From assembly GCA_950054255.1 (NCBI GenBank), contig CATLOR010000001.1, positions 839,589 through 903,588 on the forward strand: a stretch of DNA of 64,000 nt, in the 5' to 3' direction. The notes beneath the pieces are model-generated. The model made no database searches. It was not told the origin of the DNA and saw only the letters and a list, made by a program, of their open reading frames with translations. This document shows positions 28,601 to 36,003 of this stretch, piece by piece. The translations under genes were made by a program, and so were the position numbers. Origin of the DNA: an uncultured Rickettsiales bacterium. Lineage in GTDB: Bacteria > Pseudomonadota > Alphaproteobacteria > Micavibrionales > GCA-2720935. Numbering within the stretch: position 1 is the first letter of the stretch; each line of letters starts with the position of its first letter.

Positions 28601-29276
28601 TGCTTTGACTGTAAATGGTCAGGCTGTATCGGTTACATTGCACAATAATGTCTATACAGGAACTGCAGGGGGTGTCACTGTTTTCACATTAGAGATTGAT
28701 GATAATGGCGGCTATGAATTTACATTATTTGAAGCTTTTGATTATGATGATTCCTCTCAAGATGGTGAAATTGTTCATTTAGACTTTGGCTACGCTGTTG
28801 AAGATGGTGATGGGGATATTGACGTTGGCTCTATTCGTGTTTCGGTCGTTGAGGGCGATGAGCAAGTTAATATTATCATCGGAACGCCAGACAATGATGT
28901 TTTAATTGGAACGGATATTAATGATATTATTTATGGTGAAGGCTGTGCTGATATCATGGAAGGTGGTGCGGGTGCTGATACATTCGTAATGGCGGATGTT
29001 GGAGAGCATAACCGTGATATTATCTCTGACTATGATATTAATGAAGGAGATGTTATTGACTTATCTGATTTGATTGATCCGCAAAGTTTTACAGGGGATT
29101 TATCAGATTATCTAGCTTTTGATGAATCTGTAAGCACGCTGCATGTGGATGCAACAGGGCAGGGTCAGTTTAGCGATGATACACAAGCTGTTTTAATTGG
29201 TGACGTGGATGCTGGGGATACGATTGCTGTAAAAATTGGTGATCAAATCTTGGATGTAAATGTCGATAGTATTTAA
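22638..29276 (+). CDS. Giant (2212 aa) type I-secreted repeat adhesin-like protein
   Basis: AAGGAG RBS. N-terminal module followed by TAAG at residues 129-132. About 9 units start VDET(G/D)GF...TINSDGSYSFTQL..IDHP...FGFTATDGDGDS..G.ITVTV.DDGP (T1SS-143-like). These alternate with VCBS/cadherin-like units (INGQYGVLTLNSDGSYSYTAN...FAYTIVDNDGDSA). There are two S/T/N-rich linkers and C-terminal RTX-like nonapeptides (GTPDNDVLIGTDINDIIYGEGCADIMEGGAGADTF). The acidic C-terminal tail has DVIDLSDLI, typical of T1SS C-terminal target domains. Confidence 0.9.
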   Translation: MTDQSVDLTNTGNVTQEALSFVEKDGVQAVQLSKPEAPNEKLSVKATAINKIVTDFNPDEVDVSLREGSLLFSFDNGAVIEIEGFALIDPMPEIILADGTIIAGDVVVAQLGETLDPDEVQEMLQQIETAAGGQQSPSNDGSSSYSDDFGAIIDLLSFSPPIGFGAFLRSFTGLDDREDDVLLAQQQTLVDPTPSADDVSISVDETDYVNNTQTLSGVLPVEFNGQTGTVEPSPTAGFLVSGSVSAGSLTSNGQPVTVSVQGDRYVGTLPNGTTAFEMIINNDATYTFNIYEQLDHGDITDVNDLMTFSFGYIVTDATGDQTTATIAVNVFDDAPVAAKETLTVDETGGFNSVSGQLDADLGEDSDGASFAGNGSFNLNNATSNGLVITTAYSNGTYYGVAFGSPVFELTINTDGSYSFTQLGPIDHPDGTDPDDAFDVTFGFTVTDGDGDTSDGTIVVTIKDDGPVALDDSLSVDEGATVTGNVVANDLYGTDGAGQVISLEGQHVALGGSVTINGQYGVLTLNSDGSYSYAANSNTSLDGVLTESFAYTIVDNDGDTASASLNLEIDFGADTVPVFLNESIIVDETGGFDTVNGQLDVDFGEDSVGAFTDGNGQSNVNSLTSNGNAITVNYSNGTYTGVAGGVSVFTLTINSDGTYSFTQLAAIDHPDSSDDNDAVNMTFGFTATDGDGDSGDGTITVTVLDDGVDIFPALGIVDETNGFTTGVSGSVDFDYGADGAGELHLGDAAHHVSFQVIGGHALTSDGQPVTVTLQNGSYVGSVNGSVVFELSLDAQGNYSYEQYQPLDHPDSSDTNDALGLEFGFTVQDNDGDTVESTIVINVLDDGPVASADVNSKTLSGVDDLITGNVVTGANGGTNASDSYGSDGAGHVSRIESPTGQVLAIADGQTVTIDGQYGALTISSDGSYSYDLYDSLASTGSGGSSNNNSNTNTGSNNTNTNSGGSSSSTSTSTSTSTSTSTGSGSSQTYTERFEYTIIDNDGDTVETTLTINATLDATPDPDDQPDVDNASNLVDETGGFDTVSGQLVADFGNDAAGSSFDGNGQSNTNGLTSNGQAIAVTYNNGVYTGVAGGVSVFTLTINSNGSYSFTQLAAIDHPNTGNPDDAVDLTFGFTATDGDGDSGDGVITVTVRDDGPTAVNDSASASEGTTVTGDVVANDSYGFDGAGRVTQISGQAIAEGGSVTINGQYGVLTLNSDGSYSYTANTNTSLEGIRSESFAYTIVDNDGDSANATLTLDIDFGGDSVPIITNEAITVDETDGFDTINGQLDVDFGEDSANASFDGNGQSNTNGLTSNGQAIAVTYNNGVYTGVAGGVSVFTLTINSNGSYSFTQLAAIDHPNTGNPDDAVDLTFGFTATDGDGDSGDGVITVTVRDDGPTAVNDSASASEGTTVTGDVVANDSYGFDGAGRVTQISGQAIAEGGSVTINGQYGVLTLNSDGSYSYTANTNTSLEGIRSESFAYTIVDNDGDSANATLTLDIDFGGDSTPIITNEAIQVDETGGFDTINGQLDVNFGEDAVGASFNGNGQSNVSGLTSDGQPIAVSYNNGTYTGSAGGSTVFTLKINSDGSYTFKQLAAVDHPNTHNPNDAVNIRFGYRATDGDGDSANGTITVTIKDDGPAARADVNTRTLSGVDDLITGNVVTGTNGGANASDSYGFDGAGHVSRIESPTGQVLTITDGQTVTIDGQYGVLTISSDGNYSYDIYDSLSTSGSSSNNNTNNNSNSGGSGLSSSSSSSSSNGGSNSGNSSQTYTERFEYTIVDNDGDTVETTLTINATLSVTTGPDDQPDVDNAANVVDETGGFDTVSGQLVADFGNDAAGSSFNGNGQSNANGLTSNGQPIAITYSNGTYTGVAGGVSVFTLTIGSNGSYSFTQLAPIDHLNASNPNDAVNFTFGFTATDGDGDTGDGTITITVFDDGPQAGYQAIQLLEEDDLNTTFVGNLFRDFGADDVGGYVFAGDSNANSAFSFTGINALTVNGQAVSVTLHNNVYTGTAGGVTVFTLEIDDNGGYEFTLFEAFDYDDSSQDGEIVHLDFGYAVEDGDGDIDVGSIRVSVVEGDEQVNIIIGTPDNDVLIGTDINDIIYGEGCADIMEGGAGADTFVMADVGEHNRDIISDYDINEGDVIDLSDLIDPQSFTGDLSDYLAFDESVSTLHVDATGQGQFSDDTQAVLIGDVDAGDTIAVKIGDQILDVNVDSI
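25443..25589 (+). repeat. Low-complexity Ser/Thr/Asn-rich linker inside the adhesin gene (copy 1)
   Basis: Encodes STGSGGSSNNNSNTNTGSNNTNTNSGGSSSSTSTSTSTSTSTSTGSGSS, including an (AGC/ACN/TCN) dipeptide-type microsatellite. Confidence 0.85.
25815..27136 (+). repeat. Perfect 599-bp direct duplication with 723-bp period inside the adhesin gene
   Basis: 25815-26413 is base-for-base identical to 26538-27136 (checked line by line). The first mismatches are C/T at 25814/26537 and T/C at 26414/27137. The period of 723 bp (241 aa) keeps the frame. Confidence 0.9.
27810..27932 (+). repeat. Low-complexity Ser/Asn/Gly-rich linker inside the adhesin gene (copy 2)
   Basis: Encodes STSGSSSNNNTNNNSNSGGSGLSSSSSSSSSNGGSNSGNSS. 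It is the positional equivalent of the linker at 25443-25589 in the ~2.37-kb super-repeat. Confidence 0.85.
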
Positions 29277-29382
29277 TGTCATAAATCTTATAAAACAGCA
29301 TTTTATTTTTTAATTGAATACTGTATAGTGACCGTCTAGAATAAGTGAACGTAATTTTTATGAATCTTAGAGGGTCTCTATT

Positions 29383-30750
29383 GTGTTGAAAAAAACTAAT
29401 TATTTAAAAACGTTAAAGCAATCTGTTTGTTCGGCGGCCTTAGCGGGGTTTTTGATCTTTTCGCCATCTGCTCATGGAACAACATTGGAGCAAGCGATTG
29501 AGATAGCAATTGAGCACAATCCTCGTATCGGTGTTGTTGCGAGAAACCAAGAAGCGGTTGTAGAAGAGTTACATCAAGCAGAAGGGCTGTATTTACCCTC
29601 AGTTGATATTTCAGCAGGTGTCGGTGTTGAAGATACAAGCACACCAGCTGTTCGTGCAGGTAATAATGGCGAATCAGAAGGTCTTCTTGCAACCGATGCG
29701 ACACTCACAATTACTCAAGATTTATTCGATGGATATGAGCGTCAAGGACGTGTTGAACGTCAAAAAGCGCGTATCGAATCGGCTTCTAATAGAGTGTATG
29801 AAAACTCAGAGAATTTAGCACTTGATGTTGTTGGTGCTTATTTAGATGTTATCCGTCAAAGAGAGCTGCTTGCTCTTGCGCGTGAAAATGTGGCTTTCCA
29901 CGTTGAAACACTTGAAGCTTTGGTTAAGAGATTACGTGGTGGAATTGGAACGCGTGCAGATGTTATTCAAACACAGGCACGTTTAGCACGTTCTCGTGCG
30001 ACATTTGTTTCAACAAATAATGATTTAGCGGATGCTGAAGCACTCTATACGCGTTTAGTGGGGCAATATCCAGGCGACTTAGTACTTCCTTCTACTGTTG
30101 AAGATATGATGCCAGCGTCTATGGATGAACTGGTTCAAATGGCAACGATTGATAACCCAACGGTTAAGATTTCAGAAGCTGATGTGAAAGTTGCAAATGC
30201 CGATGTGAATATTTCAGAAGCTGAATTTTATCCTCAAGTATCTCTCCAAGCATCAAGCACGTATGATGAGCGAAAAGATGGGGTGAATACGTATACATAT
30301 CAAAACATTCTAGGATTACGTATGAACTGGAACATCTTTAATGGTGGAACGGACCGCGCAACACGCCAAGAATTCTTAATGCGTGAAGAACAAAGTAAAA
30401 GTCAGCGTTATGATGCTATTTTAGAGGCGCAACAGCAGGCTAGACGTTCTTGGTATGCTTATGTTGCCGCAGGTCAGCAATTACAAGAATTAAGCTCTGC
30501 TGTTATCTTTAACCAGCAAACACGTGAAGCTTATGAACAACAATTCCAAGTCGATCAAAGAACACTCTTAGATGTGTTGGATGCTGAAAATGAGCTCTTT
30601 ACGTCACGTGGACAATTAATATCAGCAGATATTAACAAAATCTTGTCATCTTATCGTATTTTGGCTGTTGCTGGTAAATTGTTAAGATCTTTGAATGTGT
30701 CCGCGCCACAGCAGGCTTTCGAGGCAGTTTTGTACAGTCAAGACGATTGA
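29383..30750 (+). CDS. tolC: TolC-family type I secretion outer membrane protein
   Basis: 455 aa with a GTG start and a signal peptide. TLEQAIEIAIEHNPRI opening and two OEP repeats. Confidence 0.9.
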   Translation: MLKKTNYLKTLKQSVCSAALAGFLIFSPSAHGTTLEQAIEIAIEHNPRIGVVARNQEAVVEELHQAEGLYLPSVDISAGVGVEDTSTPAVRAGNNGESEGLLATDATLTITQDLFDGYERQGRVERQKARIESASNRVYENSENLALDVVGAYLDVIRQRELLALARENVAFHVETLEALVKRLRGGIGTRADVIQTQARLARSRATFVSTNNDLADAEALYTRLVGQYPGDLVLPSTVEDMMPASMDELVQMATIDNPTVKISEADVKVANADVNISEAEFYPQVSLQASSTYDERKDGVNTYTYQNILGLRMNWNIFNGGTDRATRQEFLMREEQSKSQRYDAILEAQQQARRSWYAYVAAGQQLQELSSAVIFNQQTREAYEQQFQVDQRTLLDVLDAENELFTSRGQLISADINKILSSYRILAVAGKLLRSLNVSAPQQAFEAVLYSQDD

Positions 30751-30858
30751 TTCCATAAAAAAATACGTTTTTTTTCATTTTTTTGCAGACAAACGCGATT
30801 AATTTTGCCATAATATACGAAGAGGAAATGCAAATTTCCTCTGGCTTCCTTACTATGG

Positions 30859-30905
30859 CCTGGGTGTCGATCTAATTTTTGATCGGTGCCCCGGTCTTTT
30901 ATTTT
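30859..30905 (+). terminator. Rho-independent terminator-like hairpin downstream of tolC
   Basis: 14-position stem CCTGGGTGTCGATC / GATCGGTGCCCCGG (13 pairs including 3 G-U, 1 mismatch) with an 8-nt loop, followed by TCTTTTATTTTG. Confidence 0.55.
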
Positions 30906-31028
30906 GCCTAAAATAGGCGCTGTTATCATTTATTTTTAAAGATTATCCTTGGTAAATCGTTGAAAGATCGTTATTCTAAAGTGCGTCGTTTAATGCGCTT
31001 GTATTTTCTTATTTTTAAGGTTTCTCAT

Positions 31029-33107
31029 ATGGATACACACTCTTCAGATCAAGATTTATCAACATTTGAATATAAAAAACCAAAAGAAGCAAAAATAGCT
31101 GCGAAATCAAAATTGTTTGGTTTGTTGGTTTTACTCGTTTTGGTTTTAGGTAGTTTCTTTATTGCTAACCAGATTATCAAAGAAGAAAAGAATAATTTAG
31201 AGCAGCATTTAAAACAGCAAATAGAAGTCCTAACATTAGAGCGGTCAAATGTTATTTCTGAGTGGTTAGCGGGGATTTTGAAACAATCCCGTTCAATTAC
31301 AAAAAATGATATTTTTAGATTATATGCGGTTGAGCAAGATTCTAAGAAAGAAGAAGGTAAAGACACGGTCTCTAAATATGCTGATCAATTACCTTATATG
31401 ATTAATGCCTTGAGTGACTTTGTTCAAGATACGGAATATCGCGGAGCGTATATGTTGAATAGGGATGGTGAAACATTTTTAGCAAGTATGGATTCTCGCC
31501 CTTTGGATAATGAACAGAAATTAGAAGCTCTTCGCTTGTTTGATAATGGTCAGGCATCATATTCTGTCGTTCGCTCACGTGATGAAGGACTGGAATTTGA
31601 TTTATTTGTACCAGTGTTCCCTGTTGATGAAACAGCGGGATCAAATAAAATTTCAGCGATTTTTGTTTTTACAATTCCTGTTAAAGAGCAATTTAAGCTG
31701 CTTTTACATGATAAGCCTGTCAATGGTGTTGAGGGCAGTTACTCTTTGTTTCAAAGAACATTTGATGCAAAGATACAAGAAGTTCGCTTGATTAATGGCG
31801 AAACAATATTAGACAGTGCCTTGCCAATTTCTGTGTTTTCAACGCCAACATTGAGTTTTGGTAAAAGAGCAGATTTTAATGGAAGCGCAAATGTCTATTC
31901 TTTTGGAGCGGCTATTCAAGCGACGCCTTTTTATCTTGTGTGGCAAACACCAGAAGATGTTGCAAATGCTCAGATTGATAAATTTATTTTGAATACATAT
32001 CTTGTTGCGATTTTCTTTGTGTTATCGCTTGTAACAGCATTTGGTGCGTTTTGGTGGCGTAATAATAGTGATCATAACAAAGTTCTAGCTGAACAATATG
32101 CTAAATTTGCTCATAAATTGGGTAAACAAAAAATGGTTCTAGATAGCATTAATAATACGATTAAAGAATTTATTACACTTAAAGATCGCTACGGAAAATA
32201 TATCTATGTTAATCCGGCTTTTGCTGAGGCTGTGGGGTCAAGTGTGGAGAATATTTTAGGGCAGGATGATGCCTCGATATTAGGGCATGGAACAGCGATG
32301 AAATTGGAAAAACTGGATGATTTAGTGATTTCTTCTAAAGAAGCTTTGTCTGTTGTTGATGAGATTTATTTGCAAGGTGAAAAACGTCATCTCCAAATTT
32401 CAAAATTCCCCTATTTATCAGAAGATGAAGGTGAAGAAGAACGGAATATTATTACGGTAGCTAGGGATATTACAGACTTAGTAGAAGAGCAAGCTCGTCG
32501 TGAAAAGTCAACAAAGCAAACGGTTCTAGCTTTAATTCGCGCAGTTGAATTAAGAGATCCTCATTTAGCGGGGCATTCTAAAAGAGTGGCGGAGATCGCA
32601 TCACTTGTTGCAAATGAGATTAAGCCTGATCCTCGTATCAGACGCACAGTAGAGATTGCTGCGACCTTATCACAAGTTGGTAAACTTGACATCCCATCAG
32701 AGATTTTAACATCTGAAAAAAGATTATCAGATGAGCAGTTTGAAATCATGAAACGCCATGTTGGGAATGCAGAGAAAATTATTACAGATATTGATTTTGA
32801 TGTCCCAGTTTTAACAGCCATTAGCCATATGTATGAGCGTTTAGATGGGAGCGGTTATCCGCGTGCTATCCATGATGATGAAGTGTCTTTGGAAGGGCGT
32901 ATTTTAGGGGTATGTGATTATTTTTGTGCACGTATCGAACCTCGCTCATACAGGCAAGCGATTTTACCTAAGGATGCTTTGAAATATCTGGAACAGAATA
33001 GTAAGAGATACGATCCTAAAGTTGTACAAGCGCTGAGAACTGTAATTCATTCTTCTGTTGGTGAGCGAATTATTGCTTCTGTTGTTGCTTCACATAAAGA
33101 TATGTAA
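31029..33107 (+). CDS. Transmembrane sensor protein: periplasmic domain, PAS, HD-GYP domain with substituted HD dyad
   Basis: Start set at ATG 31029 (AAGG RBS). TM1 LFGLLVLLVLVLGSFFIANQII, about 270 aa periplasmic, TM2 YLVAIFFVLSLVTAFGAFWW, then PAS (LDSINNTIKEFITL...ITVARDITD). The HD-GYP-like domain has GHSKRV...AATLSQVGKLDIP...KRHVGNAEKI...SHMYERLDGSGYP. LSQVGK occupies the position of the family LHDIGK. Confidence 0.8.
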   Translation: MDTHSSDQDLSTFEYKKPKEAKIAAKSKLFGLLVLLVLVLGSFFIANQIIKEEKNNLEQHLKQQIEVLTLERSNVISEWLAGILKQSRSITKNDIFRLYAVEQDSKKEEGKDTVSKYADQLPYMINALSDFVQDTEYRGAYMLNRDGETFLASMDSRPLDNEQKLEALRLFDNGQASYSVVRSRDEGLEFDLFVPVFPVDETAGSNKISAIFVFTIPVKEQFKLLLHDKPVNGVEGSYSLFQRTFDAKIQEVRLINGETILDSALPISVFSTPTLSFGKRADFNGSANVYSFGAAIQATPFYLVWQTPEDVANAQIDKFILNTYLVAIFFVLSLVTAFGAFWWRNNSDHNKVLAEQYAKFAHKLGKQKMVLDSINNTIKEFITLKDRYGKYIYVNPAFAEAVGSSVENILGQDDASILGHGTAMKLEKLDDLVISSKEALSVVDEIYLQGEKRHLQISKFPYLSEDEGEEERNIITVARDITDLVEEQARREKSTKQTVLALIRAVELRDPHLAGHSKRVAEIASLVANEIKPDPRIRRTVEIAATLSQVGKLDIPSEILTSEKRLSDEQFEIMKRHVGNAEKIITDIDFDVPVLTAISHMYERLDGSGYPRAIHDDEVSLEGRILGVCDYFCARIEPRSYRQAILPKDALKYLEQNSKRYDPKVVQALRTVIHSSVGERIIASVVASHKDM

Positions 33108-33198
33108 TTTTTTATTTAAAAAGCTTGAAGCAGAACAGAAAAACAAAGATAATAAGGCAAATTATATTTTTGATCCATTTAAGGAAAGTGACAATTTT

Positions 33199-34200
33199 AT
33201 GAAGAGAATTTTTTCACACGCTATTATATGTGGTTTAGGCCTGTCATTAATGGTTTCTCATGCAGGAGATGTAAAAGCTGAATCTGATATTTTCGGAGGT
33301 ATTTACGATTTTGATTCTGCTGAAGGGAAATCGTCATATGGAACAGTGTTTAATCAAAACTTATATAAAGGTTATTATGAGCTTTCATTAGAGTTACGTG
33401 GTATTACAAATTCAATTGATACAGAACTTTTTAATCATAAAGCATTACTTGCCTCAAAAGGATCGCCTGTTGACCCTGATCAAGTGATGGATAGAGAGTT
33501 GTATCCAGAAGAAAAAACAGTTTTCCAAGATGCGCTTTTCCGTCTTTATGACGCATACGCTAAAGGAGGAAAAGAGTTTGCTCCAGCATTATCAGCAACA
33601 GCTCAGGTCAGTTTTGATTGTTGGATTGAGGCAACGGAAGATGGTGCAACGATTTATGCAACAGAGTGTCGTGACCGCTTTGAAAAAGCTCTTACAAATA
33701 TTGAACGCGTTGCGAATAAAGATATTGTAGCAATTACGGTATCTCCACCATTGCGCGCAATCGAAGTACCTGTGGAGCCTGTTGTTGCTGTTGTGGAGCC
33801 TGTTCCTGTGCCTGAAATTATTGAACCTGTTGTTGATGAAATCCCTCAAGAGGTTTTGGATCAATATATTACAATTCCTTTTGAGTTTGATAAAACAAAG
33901 TTTGCCTCTGGTGGTGAAGAGAGTTTAAAGAAAGCATTAGATGCTTTAAATGCGTATGAGCGTTTAAATGTTGAGTTGATTGCTCATGCGGATAGAGCTG
34001 GTCCTGCTGCTTATAATAAGAAATTATCACAACGTCGCGCGGACGCAGTTCTTGCACGCTTGATTAAAGAAGGTATTGGCGAGAGCCGTATTAAGCTTGT
34101 TGAAGCTGTTGGTGAAGAGAAATCCCTTTTCCCAACAAAAGACGGCGTTCCTTCGCAAGAAAACCGTGTAGTTGAGCTTGATCTTGTAAAAGCAGAGTAA
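33199..34200 (+). CDS. OmpA-family protein (alphaproteobacterial type with FDCW N-domain, Pro-rich linker, OmpA_C domain)
   Basis: Start at ATG 33199 after AAGGAAAG. Signal peptide MKRIFSHAIICGLGLSLMVSHA. Linker VPVEPVVAVVEPVPVPEIIEPV. C-terminus FEFDKTKF...LIAHADRAGPAAYNKKLSQRRADAV. Confidence 0.85.
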   Translation: MKRIFSHAIICGLGLSLMVSHAGDVKAESDIFGGIYDFDSAEGKSSYGTVFNQNLYKGYYELSLELRGITNSIDTELFNHKALLASKGSPVDPDQVMDRELYPEEKTVFQDALFRLYDAYAKGGKEFAPALSATAQVSFDCWIEATEDGATIYATECRDRFEKALTNIERVANKDIVAITVSPPLRAIEVPVEPVVAVVEPVPVPEIIEPVVDEIPQEVLDQYITIPFEFDKTKFASGGEESLKKALDALNAYERLNVELIAHADRAGPAAYNKKLSQRRADAVLARLIKEGIGESRIKLVEAVGEEKSLFPTKDGVPSQENRVVELDLVKAE

Positions 34201-34207
34201 CTTTTGT

Positions 34208-35152
34208 ATGAAAATTGGATTGCTTATTGACCCTTTAAGAACACTTGCTGTTCATAAGGATACGTCTTGTCGTCTTGCTGCTGAAGCGGAAAGACGGAAT
34301 GCTGAAATATTTTATTTCACATTAGAGGATATTTTTTTAGAAGGAGAGCAAGTCAAAGCATCAGGATGTTATGTTTCTTTTGATGCTGGAAAAGGGTTAA
34401 GCAATAGTGTTCGTTACCTTAATAGAGACGTAATAAATTTAAAAGAATTGGATGTTTTGCTTATTCGCAAAGATCCACCCGTTACGTCAACACATATATC
34501 CATTTTATATTTATTAGAATTGCTGGAAAATGATGTTTTGATGATTAATGCACCACGCGCTATTCGAAATGGTCATTCGAAGTTGCAGACCTTAAAATTC
34601 CCACAATTTCTACCAGAGCAATTAATTGCTTCTAATATTGATCAAATATCAAAATTCATTGAAAAACATAAAGACATCATTGTAAAACCTCTTAATGGTA
34701 TGGGGGGATCCGGTGTTGTTCGTCTTAAGCCGGGGGATAAAACAACAAAATCACTTTTGCAAACGATGGAGAGGGCCTATGGCTATCCGCTCATTGCTCA
34801 AAAATTTATAAAAGAAAGCGTTGAAGGCGAAAAGCGTATTTTCTTATTTGACGGTGATATTTGTGGCGCAATCGTCAAAAAACCAGCGAAAGATGATTTT
34901 CGAGGCAATATCACAGCAGGTGCAACGATTAAAAAAGCAATACTCTCTGAAACAGATAAAGAGATTTGTGAAACTTTAAAACCGTATTTAAAAGAACGGG
35001 GTTTGTTTTTTGTAGGCCTTGATTTAATCGGCCCTTACTTAATTGAAATTAATTCCATTAGTCCTGGGGCAATTAGTTTGGCAAACACAGTTCTTAAGCA
35101 GCCTTTAGAAGAGATTTTTTGGGATAAAATCGAAAGAAAATTAAAAGCATAA
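34208..35152 (+). CDS. gshB: Glutathione synthetase-type ATP-grasp ligase (GshB family), copy 1
   Basis: 314 aa, collinear with E. coli GshB: KDTS, LIRKDPP, IVKPLNGMGGSGV, EGEKRIFLFDG, DFRGNITAGA, FVGLDLIG..LIEIN. Confidence 0.8.
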   Translation: MKIGLLIDPLRTLAVHKDTSCRLAAEAERRNAEIFYFTLEDIFLEGEQVKASGCYVSFDAGKGLSNSVRYLNRDVINLKELDVLLIRKDPPVTSTHISILYLLELLENDVLMINAPRAIRNGHSKLQTLKFPQFLPEQLIASNIDQISKFIEKHKDIIVKPLNGMGGSGVVRLKPGDKTTKSLLQTMERAYGYPLIAQKFIKESVEGEKRIFLFDGDICGAIVKKPAKDDFRGNITAGATIKKAILSETDKEICETLKPYLKERGLFFVGLDLIGPYLIEINSISPGAISLANTVLKQPLEEIFWDKIERKLKA

Positions 35153-35190
35153 CCTTTATTTCTTATCGCAAATCATGTTAGAATCAGATT

Positions 35191-35223
35191 AGACACACAT
35201 TCTAAGTGTGTTTCCTTTTTTTT
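35191..35223 (+). terminator. Rho-independent terminator after gshB copy 1
   Basis: 8-bp stem AGACACAC/GTGTGTTT with a 7-nt loop, followed by CC and T8. It lies inside the GTG-extended ORF-track version of the next gene. Confidence 0.65.
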
Positions 35224-35244
35224 ATCTATCCAAAAGACGCAGAC

Positions 35245-36003
35245 ATGACTAGAAATAAAATAAGAAAACCTATGGTTGGTGTTGTTTCACACGTTAAACC
35301 ATTAGGAAAATGGAATGTTCATTACACTCATCGTAAATATATTATGCCTTTAAACAATTGTGATTTATGCGCTCTTGTTATTCCGTATCATGATGATGAT
35401 AGCTATTATCGTGCTATTGCAGATAGTTTAGATGGGTTTTTACTTGTTGGTGCACACAGTAATGTTTACCCAGAACATTATAACGGTAATATAGACGATC
35501 GTTATGGCCCGTATGACCCACAAAGGGATAAGGTTTCTATGGTGCTATTAGAAGAAGCACTGATGCAACATAAGCCTATTTTAGGGATCTGTCGTGGGTT
35601 ACAAGATATGAATGTTTTTATGGGAGGGACGCTACATCAATATCTTCCTGACATTACCGATGTGAAGCATCATATTTTGGAATATAGTGATATTCATGAG
35701 GTTTATAAAAATCGTCATGATATCAATGTGGAGGAAAAGACTTTATTAGGTGAAATTGTTCAAAATAAGACAATTAGCGTAAATAGTGTTCATAAACAAG
35801 GGATTAGAGATATTGGTAAAGGCTTAACTATTAATGCCAAAGCCACAGATGATATTGTGGAAGCGGTTACATTAGATGATCATGAAAATTTTGGTATGGG
35901 TGTTCAATGGCATCCGGAATATGATTTTTCTTATGATCCATATTCTAAGGCTATTTTTAAAGCATTCTCAGATGCTATTTACAAAAGGAAATATGAAGTG
36001 TGA
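35245..36003 (+). CDS. Class I glutamine amidotransferase-like / peptidase C26 gamma-glutamyl hydrolase (PuuD-like)
   Basis: Start at ATG 35245. Nucleophile elbow ILGICRGLQDMNV and VQWHPE histidine motif. Its stop overlaps the GTG start of the next gene (GTGA). Confidence 0.8.
   Translation: MTRNKIRKPMVGVVSHVKPLGKWNVHYTHRKYIMPLNNCDLCALVIPYHDDDSYYRAIADSLDGFLLVGAHSNVYPEHYNGNIDDRYGPYDPQRDKVSMVLLEEALMQHKPILGICRGLQDMNVFMGGTLHQYLPDITDVKHHILEYSDIHEVYKNRHDINVEEKTLLGEIVQNKTISVNSVHKQGIRDIGKGLTINAKATDDIVEAVTLDDHENFGMGVQWHPEYDFSYDPYSKAIFKAFSDAIYKRKYEV

Noticed and set aside
22638-29276. Regularly spaced repeats that could superficially resemble a repeat array or CRISPR
   Set aside because: The repeats are hundreds of bp long, in frame, and translate into recognisable protein modules in one continuous 2212-codon ORF. 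There are no short 25-40-bp repeat/spacer units and no cas genes.
35206-35244. GTG-initiated N-terminal extension of the C26 hydrolase ORF (MCFLFFIYPKDAD)
   Set aside because: The extension is encoded by the terminator stem and T-tract of the upstream gene. ATG 35245 gives a normal N-terminus.
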